Shown: positions 51,278 to 64,000 of the stretch, one piece after another
Layout of the letters: every line of letters starts with the position of its first letter
Position numbering within the stretch: position 1 is the stretch's first letter
Assembly: GCA_036172245.1 (NCBI GenBank)
Contig: JAYWIR010000018.1
Coordinates: 1,922,001-1,986,000, forward strand
From: Raillietiella orientalis
Lineage: Eukaryota
Length of the DNA: 64,000 nucleotides
Direction of reading: 5' to 3'
Made by a program: the position numbers and the translations under genes
The notes under the pieces: model-generated
What the model was told of the DNA's origin: nothing
What the model saw: the letters and a program-made list of their open reading frames with translations, nothing else
Databases searched by the model: none

Positions 51278-51391
51278 CTAGGTTTTGGAATTGCAAGAAT
51301 ATTCTGGTTGTCACGTAGTCTTGTTTTGAATTCTTCTACCTGATGGTAATTTTGCTGTCCTGTGGAGAAAGCATTTAGCACTATGCAAACA

Positions 51392-51436
51392 AATAAACGA
51401 TCAACTATGCTTTTGTGAGCAACTTAAAGTTTTATT
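51392..51436. terminator. Facing poly(A) signals of STMP1 (plus, 51392-51397) and Acinus (minus, 51436-51431)
   Basis: Canonical AATAAA on each strand, 33 nt apart, downstream of two convergent stop codons. Confidence 0.55.
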
Positions 51437-51926
51437 TTAGTTTTCCACATAAACTTGTGATGTGAACTGTTCACTTGATGATAAGTTTTTGTCCTTTTGC
51501 AATGATTTCCTGCCACTTTGGAAATGGGAAAGTCACTTCTTAGCACTTCTCAATGATTATCAAAAAAGGCAACCAGATTAACAAAAGTTCTGGATTGATT
51601 TTAAAATCAACTTTAGTGGGCTGAAACAACACAATACTTGACTGATCAGGCAAGGAGAAATAATTTGGGGAGCAGCAGGCAGCTACCTGTTGGTTCCCAA
51701 GGTAGCAATGACCTGAACTGCTCAACCCTGCAAACATGCCAAAGGATGCTGCTGCAGATCATCCCCTATAGATATAATGAAACTTTCAGCTAAGAAAGAA
51801 GAAAAAGTAGCAGTAGTAGACAGAAAACAGATAAAGAAAAATAATCCTGGAGAATTCCCTACATGGCTAGGATCGATTAGAACTCGATCTGAAATCTGAA
51901 TAGGTCACACTAATTCAACAAGTAGA

Positions 51927-54900
51927 TCACTTTCGGCGTCGAGGTGATACATTGCGCTCTGGTGGTTTCTGGTGTCTTCTTTCCCGTTCCAACTTCTGAG
52001 CATCATTGCGATCCTTTTCTGCCTTCTCTATCTCTGCTATACGTCTCTCTCGCTCTGCCATTCGTTGCCTTCTCATCTCCTCTTTTTCAGCAATCTTAAA
52101 AAGTACAATTACTCATTCACATTTCAATCCAGTAAAATGACCTGCCTGTTCAGGAGTGAGGGGAAGCCAATAGATACACGGAGTAGCTTTGGTTTTTTTG
52201 AAAAGATCATCCAAAACTTTCGCAGGTGTCTCTTCTTCTTCTTTTTTCCTCCTCTTTGCTAGATATGGAATGCTTAATGCCCCTTGAAAGTTGTGAAATA
52301 CCTTCTCTCTCCTTTTCCTCTCTCTCCCGTCGCCTTTTTTCTCGTTCACGCTCCTTTTCTCTCTCTTTCTCCCCAGGTGAACGCTCTCCTATTTTTTCCC
52401 GATCCCATTCCCGAATAGGACCTTTTAACTAATCCCACAAAATACTTGAAAAACTAAAACCCAAAATACATACACGTTTCTCCCTTTCATGATCTCTTTC
52501 TTTGTCCCTCTTATCTTCTTTCTTCTTTGCATCTTCCCAATCTTGATGTGGTTCTTCCACTACCACAGGTTCAGCCATAGCTCTCTCTCTCATATTCAAC
52601 TCTTCCTGAGTAGCAAATTCTACTCTCAAGGTTTTGGGATTTGAAGCTGGCCACCTGACACCATGTAATGCTTGTTTTGTTTCTCGAGCTTGTTCCTCAG
52701 TTTCATACTACAAAATTACAGGTGAAAACCTAATTCATCAAATCAACCATCATACCGTCACATAGCAATTTGATTTAATTTTATCAATCCAAAAACCTTC
52801 ATCTTGAAGAGTCCCCGTGCGAGAGAGGAGCTCCTTCAGCTGGTTTAGAGTAAATGGTCGGACCAGATTTGTGATGTGAACAATCCTTGTTGGAGCCCTT
52901 TGGGGTGGGGTGGAGGATTGCATCTTTCTCCCATGGCCCTCCACCAAGGATACCTTCCTGAGTACCCCTTCACTTCCCTCACCTTCTGTCCTCTCTATAG
53001 TAATCCTACGATCCTTACATTCAGGAGGGGTTTCCTTCGCTTCACCCCTCCTGTTCCCCCCTTTAATATCGCTGATGATATCCTAAAACTTGTTAACAAA
53101 AGAAACTTCCTATCTTTCCTAACCTTGAGAGAATCTGTAGAGATGGCTAAAGAGGGTTTTTTAGGACCTAAAGAATTAGAGGACAAACCCCATTTCCGCT
53201 TCCGCACAGGTTTTTCTTGAGTATCTGAGTCCACATGCACTAAAACACATAAATATGTAAAGTAAAATTTTCCAACTTACTTTTTCTCTTTTTCTCATTC
53301 ACAATCAAGTTGTTGTGGGATTCAACACACTACAGGAAAAAACAACTTCATTATTCTGTCGAACTATCGAAAAATAATGTTACCGTCATCTGATTCAGGC
53401 AATCATGTAGCTGCGGTGCATGTTGAATGCTGGCATCCTCTGCTGTGCTGGAATTACTCATCTCTACATTGTCATGCAAATGATCACAAGCATCATTAGC
53501 AGAATCACACTTCAATGAAGGTGACATCTTGGTCCATGAATTTCCTAGTTTCCTAGCAGAGCCTTGTTCCAATTCATCTGTTCTACAAGTGAACAACTTG
53601 TTGATATTTTTGGCAAACAACAAAACATGACAGGAAAAATTTCATGAGGCAATAAGCAGTTGTAATTTTATTTCAAGGAAACACCTGCATGCTAATGAAA
53701 CTAAGCAGAGCATTCTATAAATACAGGCGCATAAAAGAAAGAAAGAAAGAAAGAAAAATGAACATATGATAGCAAAAAAAATCCTTTTCCAGTTATTAAC
53801 AATTACTCAATGTGAATTAAAAATAAAAATATATTAACTTCTCACGTATAATTTATATGTTCAGTTGCTATCGTTTTAAGGAATATTTGGGCATGGAGAT
53901 TATCTTAAGTTGTGCTCTATATAAATATACACACTTTACGCAAAAAGAAAATAAACGAGAAAAACAATTGGAGAGGGGAGTGGGTTTCCATATTATGCAA
54001 AACCGTAGCGGTCCAGTACTTCAATAAGACTTTGGAAACGAAACTGCATTATCTAAAAAGCTAAGATCAAATGGGGTGAATGAAATTCGAAGACTTTTGG
54101 TTTCTAACGAAAAAATAGTAGTAAAAAATACTTCCTGCAATTGTTAAATGGTAGTAAAGTCTCAATATAACGATACCCGAGCAAACTTGATATGTATGAA
54201 AACCACCGCTCGCAATTTAACTTTTCGATTTGAAGAGTGGTTGTAACTTTACAAATGGTAAAACAGCACAAAGAGATTCAACAAAATGTACAAAAACACT
54301 ATAACCAAGTTAAGAAAAGTAACATAACATACAGCTATACAAATGTACAAGAAACTGTCTGCAATCATGCCTAATTGCTATGTTCCAAAAAATGCACTTA
54401 TCGTAATTCTCTTAGTCGTGGGCACTAAAATACCGACAGCATTAAAGAATCACTTGTAAACAAGATCAACTACTACTACTACTACTACTACTAGATTGTG
54501 GTTACATTATATTCTGCATGACAATTTAGAATTTCTAACTTGTCTATAGACATAGAACGAACTGACGCATGCCAGTTTAAAATGGGGGTATCAAAAAAAA
54601 AAAAAAAAAGAGAGAGAGAGAGAGATAGTAAAAACGGAACCCCCCCCCCCCAAAAAAAAACACCCAATTAATTTCAATGGTTCGAATCACAAAATTGGCA
54701 TCCTGAAACAACACTATAATATTGTTGGGCGCTCAACTACGTGCTCCGAATTATTGATTTCATTTGGAAGCGAAGTTACCAAGAATTAAAAAACGTCCAA
54801 GAAACATTGAACGTGTTGGGAAAGGGGAAAAATGCAAGCCAAAATCTCTCTGCATTTAACAGCGATTGTTCTGTTTACAAACGTAAGGCACAGTAACACT

Positions 54901-57900
54901 TACAAACAAATTACAAAATCAACTTACTTCTCTGAATTCTGCACATCGGCCGTAGTGGTATCACATCGATCTGCTTTTTCAAGCTCCCTGAAAGTTTTTT
55001 TAGAAATCATAAATCCTGAACTGCAGAAGCTATAGTAGCTATACTCTAAACTACAGCTTTAAGCACGGAAGCAAAAATTCGAATTCATGGGAAACAAATG
55101 TGCGGAAAATCCCGAAATCCTGACACGACATTCCAGCAACTTGGGAAATGGTGGTCATTGGAATACATCACAGAATGCAGAGAACTTGCAAGTAAAGCTT
55201 GCTAATGGTAATTCAACGAATAGCTCTGTTTTCGAAATGAGTTAACAGGAGCCAATAATTTGATATTACGTTAGAAATTTTTTTTGCTGAACAACACGAC
55301 CGTTCATAATTTGAAGGCAGTTTAAAGGACTGAAAATTAACAAATAAACATAAATGTCCAAAACTGAGGTTACGAAAAGCAGGGGGGGGGGGGGAGAAAA
55401 GGGGGATCGAGAAACTGAAATCCTTTGGATAGAATAATCTCACGTTTTCTATAAATTATTCCGCATCTTGGGCACATTGAACCCTCAACCCGAAAACGAA
55501 CGAGGCAAATTACTGTACAACTGGAAGAACTAAAGTATATTTTACTTATTTTTTGAGGAAAAAACTGTCTCTACACAGAACATGAGTTCCCTATCACAAA
55601 CATTCAACCATTCTAAACTCTGTAGGAACAAAAACTGAAACTCCTTACACACTGCAGCACCGAATAACAAATATGCGGAGCAGCGTGACTAAGATTTGAA
55701 ATCGAAAGATCAAGAAAGAACTACCAGAGATTTCTGAAAATCTGACGACTCACACACATGTATATATAGGGGAGGAGTATTTAAACAAAAATTGTTTGGA
55801 CATTTCGAGAGGCTCGGAAATAACGTTGAACATGTATCCCTTGTATCATACAGATTTAAAATTATTTGTTTCGGTATCAGTACAATGACGCGACCATATT
55901 AAAAATGGCTGATTCCTATTTTCTATATTCCTACATTTTATACCTAATTAAGCACTAGCATAAGAAAGTCGGTAAGTCTTAAATGGTGTTTAAATCCAAA
56001 CAAAATGCATCAATAGAAACAAAGAAAGCAATAGAATGGGCAACAAAACAAAAATGTTATAGTATCTCAACTCTGTGAGAATGGAAGACAAAATTTGTCA
56101 TTCACATAACTAATGTTCAATAAAAATCCTCTGTAGCTTCCTGTACCCTTATAAACGACCATTTTAACTTGATGTAACATCTTTGACTTTGACCGTTTGC
56201 AACAGAAAAAAAAGCACCCCTTCATTACAAATACAAGTAAATGTCTCATGAAGCCTCTTTTTGATTGAAAATATTGAAACGACGAATTCACTTTTGAAAC
56301 ATTAAACAAACAAAAATAATTGAGTTTTAAGCATATGCTTTTCTTATACATGTTCATTATTTTTGGGGAGGCACTCATGAAATGAAGTTTTCAAAAATGT
56401 GCTCACAATAAAGTGATGTTCTAATTTAAAAGAAAATTTCCAGATTTTCCACATAATCAGAAATGAACTCAATCTATTGACAACGTTTCTATTAAATCAA
56501 TTTCCATCAAATACTTCTGGAACCAAACATAATCCCTCCTTACATAACACTACCTACTCCTTAATACCCTCCTAATTAACAGTCACCACTCACAATTCAT
56601 CAAAACGATCGCATCCTTTATAATACATCAAAGTGGGCAAAATCCTTAAGATCCTAAGAGCAACAATTGTGCCGATTTCTAGTAAGATTCTCGATAACAG
56701 GCCAGACTTTATAAATTTGGAAACAATAACCTTAAGAACAAAATTTTCGGTTAAAAACTTCATCAGCATGTTAATGTTGATAAAATTCAACACTTTACAA
56801 CAACTGCAAAGTTCATTAGTTTTTTTTGGTTGCAAAAAAACCTAATGAACACTGTGGTTCAAAATGCAATGTGGACATACTACAGACTCTTGTAAAACTA
56901 AAAACAAAGCAAAACCTTCTTTTCATGGGAGTAATATAAAATCTGATTATTAACTGACAGCAGTACATAACTGAATGCCAAAAAAACTTGTTTGTGCTTA
57001 CACAAAATAGAACAATGATTAGGAACACTAAAATTCGTTATTATACTGAAGTACATGAGAGTACAATTCACAATAATTTTCTATACAAAATGTAACAGGT
57101 GTACAGTGATTAAATTTAACATAACTGTAAAGATCACATATATACTACATTGTTTAGTGCGAATTTAGTTATCAATGATCAAAATACACATATTAATGAA
57201 GCACCAAAAATACCATACGTTCAAGTATTCTGTTCACTTCCATAGCATACAACACAGTTAAAAAAAACAATTTCATAATTCCTTTTACACCAATGGCATT
57301 GTACAATCAAGGTTTCACACCAATAGTCAGACATTCAAATTGAATGACATCATGAAAAATGTGCATCAATAGGAACAAAACATGCCTGTTCACAGCTAAA
57401 TTTCTATACAAGCATTCTAATGAAATCCACCCACATGGCACATCATAATCAGTGCCAATGAGTTCCAAATGTACAATAAATGAAAGAGTAGATTAAAAAC
57501 GCAATTATGATTCACATACTTAAATCCTCACATCATTTTAAGTGCACACATTAATAACATCCAGTACATAATTGGACCAATAATTAATTTTTTTTTTTTT
57601 TTTTTTTACAAAACTTTAAAGTGTTTTGTAAGAAAAGTTTTTGAAGGTTTTAGTTTTCTTTACAGAGAACTACAATAACTGCATTGAAATTAAAGTTTAA
57701 AGAACATAAGCAGCACCTTCATGATAATATTCAATACAATATTTATACCTTATAGAAGCAAGTTACTAAAACATAAATACATCCTATTTTCGAAATAAAC
57801 TACCTATGGTGAAAAAAAATTGCTTAAGTTTTTTTTGAAAAAAAGGTAGCCAGAATATACTACTCTTCTGAATTTTTAACTTAGGCATATATAATTAACT

Positions 57901-60707
57901 TGAACAGAATTGCATACGAGATTAATTGCAATCTTCTGTTCAAATCAGAAAGAACTGAGCCCAATTACAAAATCATGTTTGCAGAATTCATATTTATTAA
58001 ACAAAGAATACTTCAACTACTTTAAAACTCTTCATTTCGTTCTTCACATGCAAAATTAGCTTTGCATCAAACTGATAACTACTATTGAATTGTTTCTTTC
58101 TAGCTATATCCAGCTTTACAATGCAATATGGCTAAAAAAAACTTCAATATAAGTTGATGAACGTTCAACCTGACTTTAATAAAAACATTAAGTGACACTG
58201 CATTTCCCAAAAAAAAAAATGCATTTGATTGTGAATACACAAATGAAATTTCTGAGCAAATGCCATGATCTTAGTGATCAACTTGAAATTATAGATTAAA
58301 GTGAAATACCAGTGACATTTCATGCTATGAATATGATTTGATTTAAAATTATATTTCATGGCATACATGAGAGTAAATCTTGTTAAACATTTTGCAAGCA
58401 TCACCATTTGGGGCTTGATACATAAAAAAGAAAGTTAAAATTCATATTTCACTTTACACATGCATGCAAAAACCAAATCAACAACTTTTTGTTTAAAAGA
58501 AAAAAAATTTTTTTTCAACTAAAAATATACGGACAGCATAATGACATTTAAACACTTTAATGTTGTTCTAAAGTTTTCACACCTTAAGCATCACATTACT
58601 TAAAAAACAAAATTTAAAAAATATGGCAATTTTAACAAAAAGTTGAAAACAATAAGATATCTAGCTTTACATTCTTTATCATTTACTGCATGCTGAATTA
58701 ATTACATCACAAAACTACTACTGACCACAATACCTATCAGTCAATGGACAATAAAGCTAAACCATCTTTTCAAAGTTACAAAAACGTAAAATTCAACTTG
58801 TGCCAATATTTTACAGAATCAAAAATTTTAGTGCACTGAATTACCTAATCTCTTCTGGATTTGTTCCAAGTTCAATAATCCTAAAAAATAAAAGAAAAAG
58901 AAAGGAAACAGTTTAATACAAAAAAAGTAAAACAAGTTTGTCTTACTCTTCTAGATCAGGTTCTTCTTCTAATAACTGAACGTTATTAGTTATTCCATCC
59001 ACATTTTCTTCATTACTATTGTCTTTTGCATCATTATCAACAGGTACATCAATTTGGCAATCTGTCTTAACTTCATCAGCAACCAAATTTGAACTAGAAG
59101 TGACTTCTGGTATATCTTTGAAAAAAGGAGGAAGAGGAAAAATAATATCACCAATTTTACAGCAAAAAACAAGAACTCTGTCAGTTTACTCATAGTAAGT
59201 AATAAAGACTCTTACAATTACTCAATTTGCTACAAATTTAAAGAAACTACTAATTCAAAACAGTTACACAAATTATGCATGCCATACATGCATGTAGCTC
59301 CATATTTACACAATACCAAAGAATGCAAACATACAGAGAACATTTAACAACAATGATAATAATAAATAATCATACCTGTGTTGATCTGAACATTATCATT
59401 ACAGCTATTTTGATTTTCAACTTCCTGAATTTCTTGTTTCTCTTCTGTATCTGAAATTTGTTACATTAGAACTGTCATATACACAAAATAAAACTTTAAA
59501 AACAAAAACTATCAAACCTTCAATGTGATCTCTCTCTTGTTTTTGTGCCTTATATTGCTCCTGCTGCTTCACTAAATATTCACGAATTAAATCATTGTCT
59601 TCAGCAAGTGGCTGATTCTGCAACTAAACATTAAACATCTCATTATTACCACATGAAACCCTGGTATTATCATTTATTACACTCATTTATCAGTGCCAAT
59701 GATATCAACTTCAGTACATGGGTTTTTTTTTGATCACATGCAGGAAATGCTAATTTATTCCTTTAAGTTCAACTATTTAAAATGTAGTACACATTCTGAT
59801 ACTGGTAAAGCATATTTGTTTTCAAAAGGAAAAACCAGTACTTCAAAAGCAAGCTACGTTAACTATGGTAGGATAGTTAAGTGCCCAAACCACATCACAA
59901 TCACACACCCAATCTCATAGGAAATTACAGTTTACTAAGATAAACAGGATTGGCACTAGGATGATAGGAATGTACGGCTTCAAATAACCAAACGAAATTA
60001 ACTGAACCAAATACAAAACGGGGCTTTAAAAATAATAAAAACATCACTATTATAAAAATGATTAAACATCACTAGAACCAAAACGACTACTTAACAACAA
60101 ATTTAAACGCTTATCAATTACATCTATCCACAACAATGCTGCGGGAATAACATTACAAAATACACTTATATACAATCTAATATGCTATTACTTATATTCC
60201 CAAGGTTTCATTTAGAAGCTAATAATCATATTCTTAACGTTACACGTTCAGTTTGGAATAAAACAATCTTTATGACTTGATAACTGAGAGTCTAAATCCT
60301 TTATTATAGAATTAGTACCAATCATTTTGACTTGCCTGCAGATTTGGAACTTCATTACTTTCATAGGTGGTATTTTCAGCTGCATTTTCTGCCTTTTCAA
60401 ATTCTAATTGCTAACAAAGAAAATACATTAGGAAAACGAGATTTCGATAGTTTAACAACTTAAACACTAACAGCATAATTTCTTAATGGAAGACGCGCTT
60501 CTCAATCGCTAAGAATGCAAGTGACATATGCGTCAGATCAGAAAAGTAAACCAAAAATCAAGAACAGCTTACCGATTTTAACCGATCAAGTAATTCTTTT
60601 TTCGTTCCAGATTTAGATAAGCCACGTTTCTCCAATTCCGACTTTAAATCCACAACTCGTAAGCTTGTTATAAGCTTACCATCCACAGTCGACTCCCGAT
60701 CCGCCAT
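51927..60707 (-). CDS. ACIN1: Acinus (apoptotic chromatin condensation inducer; ASAP/EJC-associated splicing factor), ~660 aa
   Basis: Exons 60707-60573 (SAP domain, [28 protein letters not shown]), 60410-60336, 59623-59518, 59450-59376, 59115-58947, 58880-58845, 54987-54928, 53582-53384, 53329-53281, 53239-53124 (RKRKWG, ISTDSLK), 53082-52756 and 52707-52474 ([51 protein letters not shown]), 52428-52302, 52258-52146 (RSB motif [20 protein letters not shown]) and 52094-51927. All phases are consistent if two donors are GC. Confidence 0.95.
54470..54493. repeat. (CTA)8 microsatellite in an Acinus intron
   Basis: Read directly from the sequence. Confidence 0.95.
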
Positions 60708-62607
60708 TTTCTACGCTCTCTACTTGATCACACTGCACACGACAACTGCACACCGATTACCACAATAGATTACATGCACATTTTTTAATGGATTCCTAAT
60801 AAAAGAGGTACACAAGTATTTTAGGCTAATTTTTGGAATTCCTTCATGATAGGGCTTTATTACTCGTGAGAAAAGAATTATTAGATGAAAACACAATTCA
60901 ATGTGTTTTTTGATAGACAGAAAAGCAAGAAATGAATCTGTATGCAGAGAAGGATACTTAAATAAGTACAAAATTGAAATACACCACAGAGACTCATTAT
61001 TTATCATATGGCATAGAAATGGGGAGTATTTGAAACAAATTTGTTCCGAACTCTATGTAAATTAAATACCATGCTGCTTTGCTGCTACAAAAATTTTAAA
61101 TGATCTACTCCTACTCTTAGATTCAAAATGTGTTGAATGACTTGTTAATGAATTCGTTAAATCAAAAGCAGCCAAACAAAAACAGTTGGTAGAAAAAACA
61201 TAAATGCTGAACAATTATTCCATGAACAATTAGAATAAATATGTATTGTTTTCTCTAAATTGTCATTACGAGCGATAAACATTGATATTTCGTATTTCCG
61301 TATTAGATATGCACAATCAGCAAGTATAAATATTTTTCAATGAGAACTATTATTCAATGAAACTTATTTCAGATAGACATGTTTGGCATGTAATTCTCAA
61401 GCTATCTAAGCACCATTTGTTTTCTGGAGAGCTAATGATGCATTGTCAATTCAGCAAGAAATTAATGAGGAAAAATGAAATACATTTCAATAATGTAACT
61501 TAACAGTTATCATTATAAATTTCCTGCTTTTATTATGAAGGAAATTTACTATTTTCAGTAGTATTTGATAGCTCTTACGTATAATGAAAAATTTGATGGC
61601 ATTTTCTTCATTTTGAAGCCATTTCATGGAGATTGAAACTCCGTGCTTTGACCAAAGAAAAAAAAGAAGCATCAAAAAAAATTTTCATTCGTAAACATTT
61701 TAGCAATGGATGTTCGTTTTAAAATATCTAACTGTATAATAATGATTCTTTGTACTATCTTTCAAGATGCTTGTAATAATCACGAGTTACAATCAAAAGA
61801 TTCCGTTCAAGAGAAAGAAAAGATTTTGAAGAACAAAGTTTCCATAAAAATTATTCCTATATGATCATAGTCTTCGAACATTTGACATAATTTTGGAACA
61901 CATAATGTTGACATGGAGTACACGATACCAATAGCACTTACCAATAGCATTACACAGATCATTTTCAACGTGCAGTGACGTGAATTTTTTCCCTTTCAGT
62001 TTGCATAAAATTGTCAATTAGGCTATCAGCATGTTAATAATAATCATTAGTGCTTCCAGTTTGAGTTTTGTTTATGAATGAACTTTTATGGATAGACTAC
62101 ATAGAATCACTGCAAAATCAAATCATGTACATCTATACTATAGGAAAGACAGAAATACAGAGTTTAAAACCTTTGTATTTCTCCTGCATTCCTTTAGGAA
62201 TAATGGAATGAAATGAAGAACGTTACGAACATTTGAAGTTTTAATAAATTCAAGAATTTCAAGAAAATTTCGAAGTCAGTACTTAATTCTACTGGACGTG
62301 ATCAAATGAAATAGTTTTATATTTGATGAACGATTTTCTTTTATACTACGTTATTGCTTTATGTCATGCTCAAAAGAGAGTATAAAGAAAACAAGATATT
62401 CCTATTTAATACCCACTAATTTAAACATATGCAATTTTATAGATTTTTTTCTCTTTTAAGGCGAGAATAATAAGGCCATTCTATAGTGAATTGTTTTGTT
62501 AAGCAGAGCAAGAAAGTTAATTCCCAAAATTTCCCTTTAACCTTCCCCTTCAAGAGTGAAAACCACTTATACATTTCTATGAATGCAATACAATGAAAAA
62601 TAGATAC

Positions 62608-63801
62608 CGAGCTTTCCATTAACGCTTCTTCCCCGTGCTCTTCTATTTCTAAAGATTCATTGAAGAATTTTACTCTAACGAATTTTGAAGTGTCTATTGA
62701 CTCTAACGAATTTCGAAATATAGTTGGAAAACGTGTCAAAACTGATGTTTGAACTCTCTTATAGAGTGAATTCGAAAGCATTTGATTTCTTTGGTATTTT
62801 GCGTGCCATCGAATTCGAATGATGTTCTAGTTGTGTGCAGAGAATCTTTATATGTTTCTTGATTAGACATTGATTGACAAGGCAAAGCCAAAAAGTCCAG
62901 GTTAAAAACGATTCAGGCTGGGCATCTTGATTCCCGAAAGCAGCATCCGTTCACAAATGGCTACCCATGATAATGAAGGTGCTATTGGGTTCACAATATG
63001 TCAGATCCTGATACTTCGTTTCTTAGAGAGTTAATATGAAGATTCCAATGCGAATTCCACAATGAGTTAATGAAACTCGACGTCTTCACAAACTATGAGC
63101 AAAGCCAACACGTTTCGTTCTACCGCAAATATGACGGGCATTGCAACTTTTTTCACACGAATAGAAGATTCTGACCAAGTTAACGCAGGATGGAGTGAAG
63201 CTTCAGCTTCTATGGACCAGATGCCTAAGCTGATCCCATCTACTGCGTACTGTATTTGCCCAGCCAGAAGTCTAGGCCAAAGAGTTCTACTCTTAACAAT
63301 AATAATGATTATGTACCACGAATTGCGATATCTCAAATGCTCGTACTTTTTCTTGACTATCTTATAAGTTTCGACTTTTCGTGTTTCGGAGTCAGGATGA
63401 TGACCTTCCGGATCCGTGGGTTTCTTACTCGACTGGCATTTAAACATATGTGTCTTAAGCGTAGCTTTTGGGGGGGCATTCCCTAAAATAGATCCCAAGT
63501 TATAGGTGATTGCTTTCGTCAGCCACATCTCTGTCAAATGTTGCAAAACATAAGGCATTACAGCTTTCGTCTGCCGAAAATGCTTCTCAGTGAAAAGGGC
63601 TCCTAAGATGCCGATTTTTTTCGTGTCGGTTCCATTCACCACGATTTTGTCGTTTCCACAGAGTTGCTTCGATGGAAACACACGAAGACGTAATGCAACG
63701 GGAGGAAAACGCAAAACAAAGTTTCTCGGATGAGAAGCATCTGAGATGTTCCTCATCCGAAAGAAGAAGAAAAAATCCGTGCCCTTATAAAGACAAAACA
63801 T
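62608..63801 (-). CDS. Possible exons of an unidentified gene upstream of Acinus
   Basis: A 244-codon stop-free frame (63067-63801) and an exon-like stretch at about 62826-62608 (acceptor CTAG, donor GTATCT) lie in AT-rich DNA. No motif is recognised with confidence. Confidence 0.25.
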
Positions 63802-64000
63802 AAGGCAAAAACATGCAGTGCGTGAATGAAAAACGTGAACTTCCAGGATGCAAAAGTCAGCTCATTCCATTTCGATGCGGGTAAAGTGAGACGGCCGATG
63901 CCACATACTGCGTGATCGCATAGAATTTTTAATACGCCCTTTTTTTTGGTTTGAGTGGACGACTGCTTCAGGATTTAGTTGCCACTTAGAGTAGTGCGGG

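Noticed and set aside
1..64000. CRISPR arrays, prokaryotic operons, transposase or reverse transcriptase ORFs, rRNA
   Set aside because: No repeat-spacer periodicity, no RT, integrase or DDE motifs in the ORF track, and all recognisable genes are spliced eukaryotic genes.

Overview
Eukaryotic, intron-rich genomic DNA from an animal; the protein sequences look arthropod-like (inference). I found no prokaryotic features, CRISPR array, rRNA, tRNA or intact transposon. Six spliced genes can be rebuilt by hand with consistent exon phases. They are the 5' part of a prenylcysteine oxidase-like gene (minus, runs off the left edge), DNA topoisomerase II (plus, ~1536 aa), an uncharacterised two-transmembrane protein (minus), Axin (minus, ~778 aa), a 48-aa STMP1/C7orf73-family microprotein absent from the ORF track (plus) and Acinus (minus, ~660 aa). 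Notable features are as follows. Most introns are very short (39-56 nt), many have weak splice signals, and several are stop-free multiples of 3. Acinus has two GC-AG introns, a candidate 3'UTR intron and a hidden hydrophobic cassette exon. Two gene pairs end tail-to-tail with facing poly(A) signals. The Axin N-terminus shows no recognisable tankyrase-binding motifs. There is a pre-miRNA-like 25-bp hairpin, and candidate antisense exons lie between the prenylcysteine oxidase exons. None of this is a confirmed new system; the findings are leads to test.
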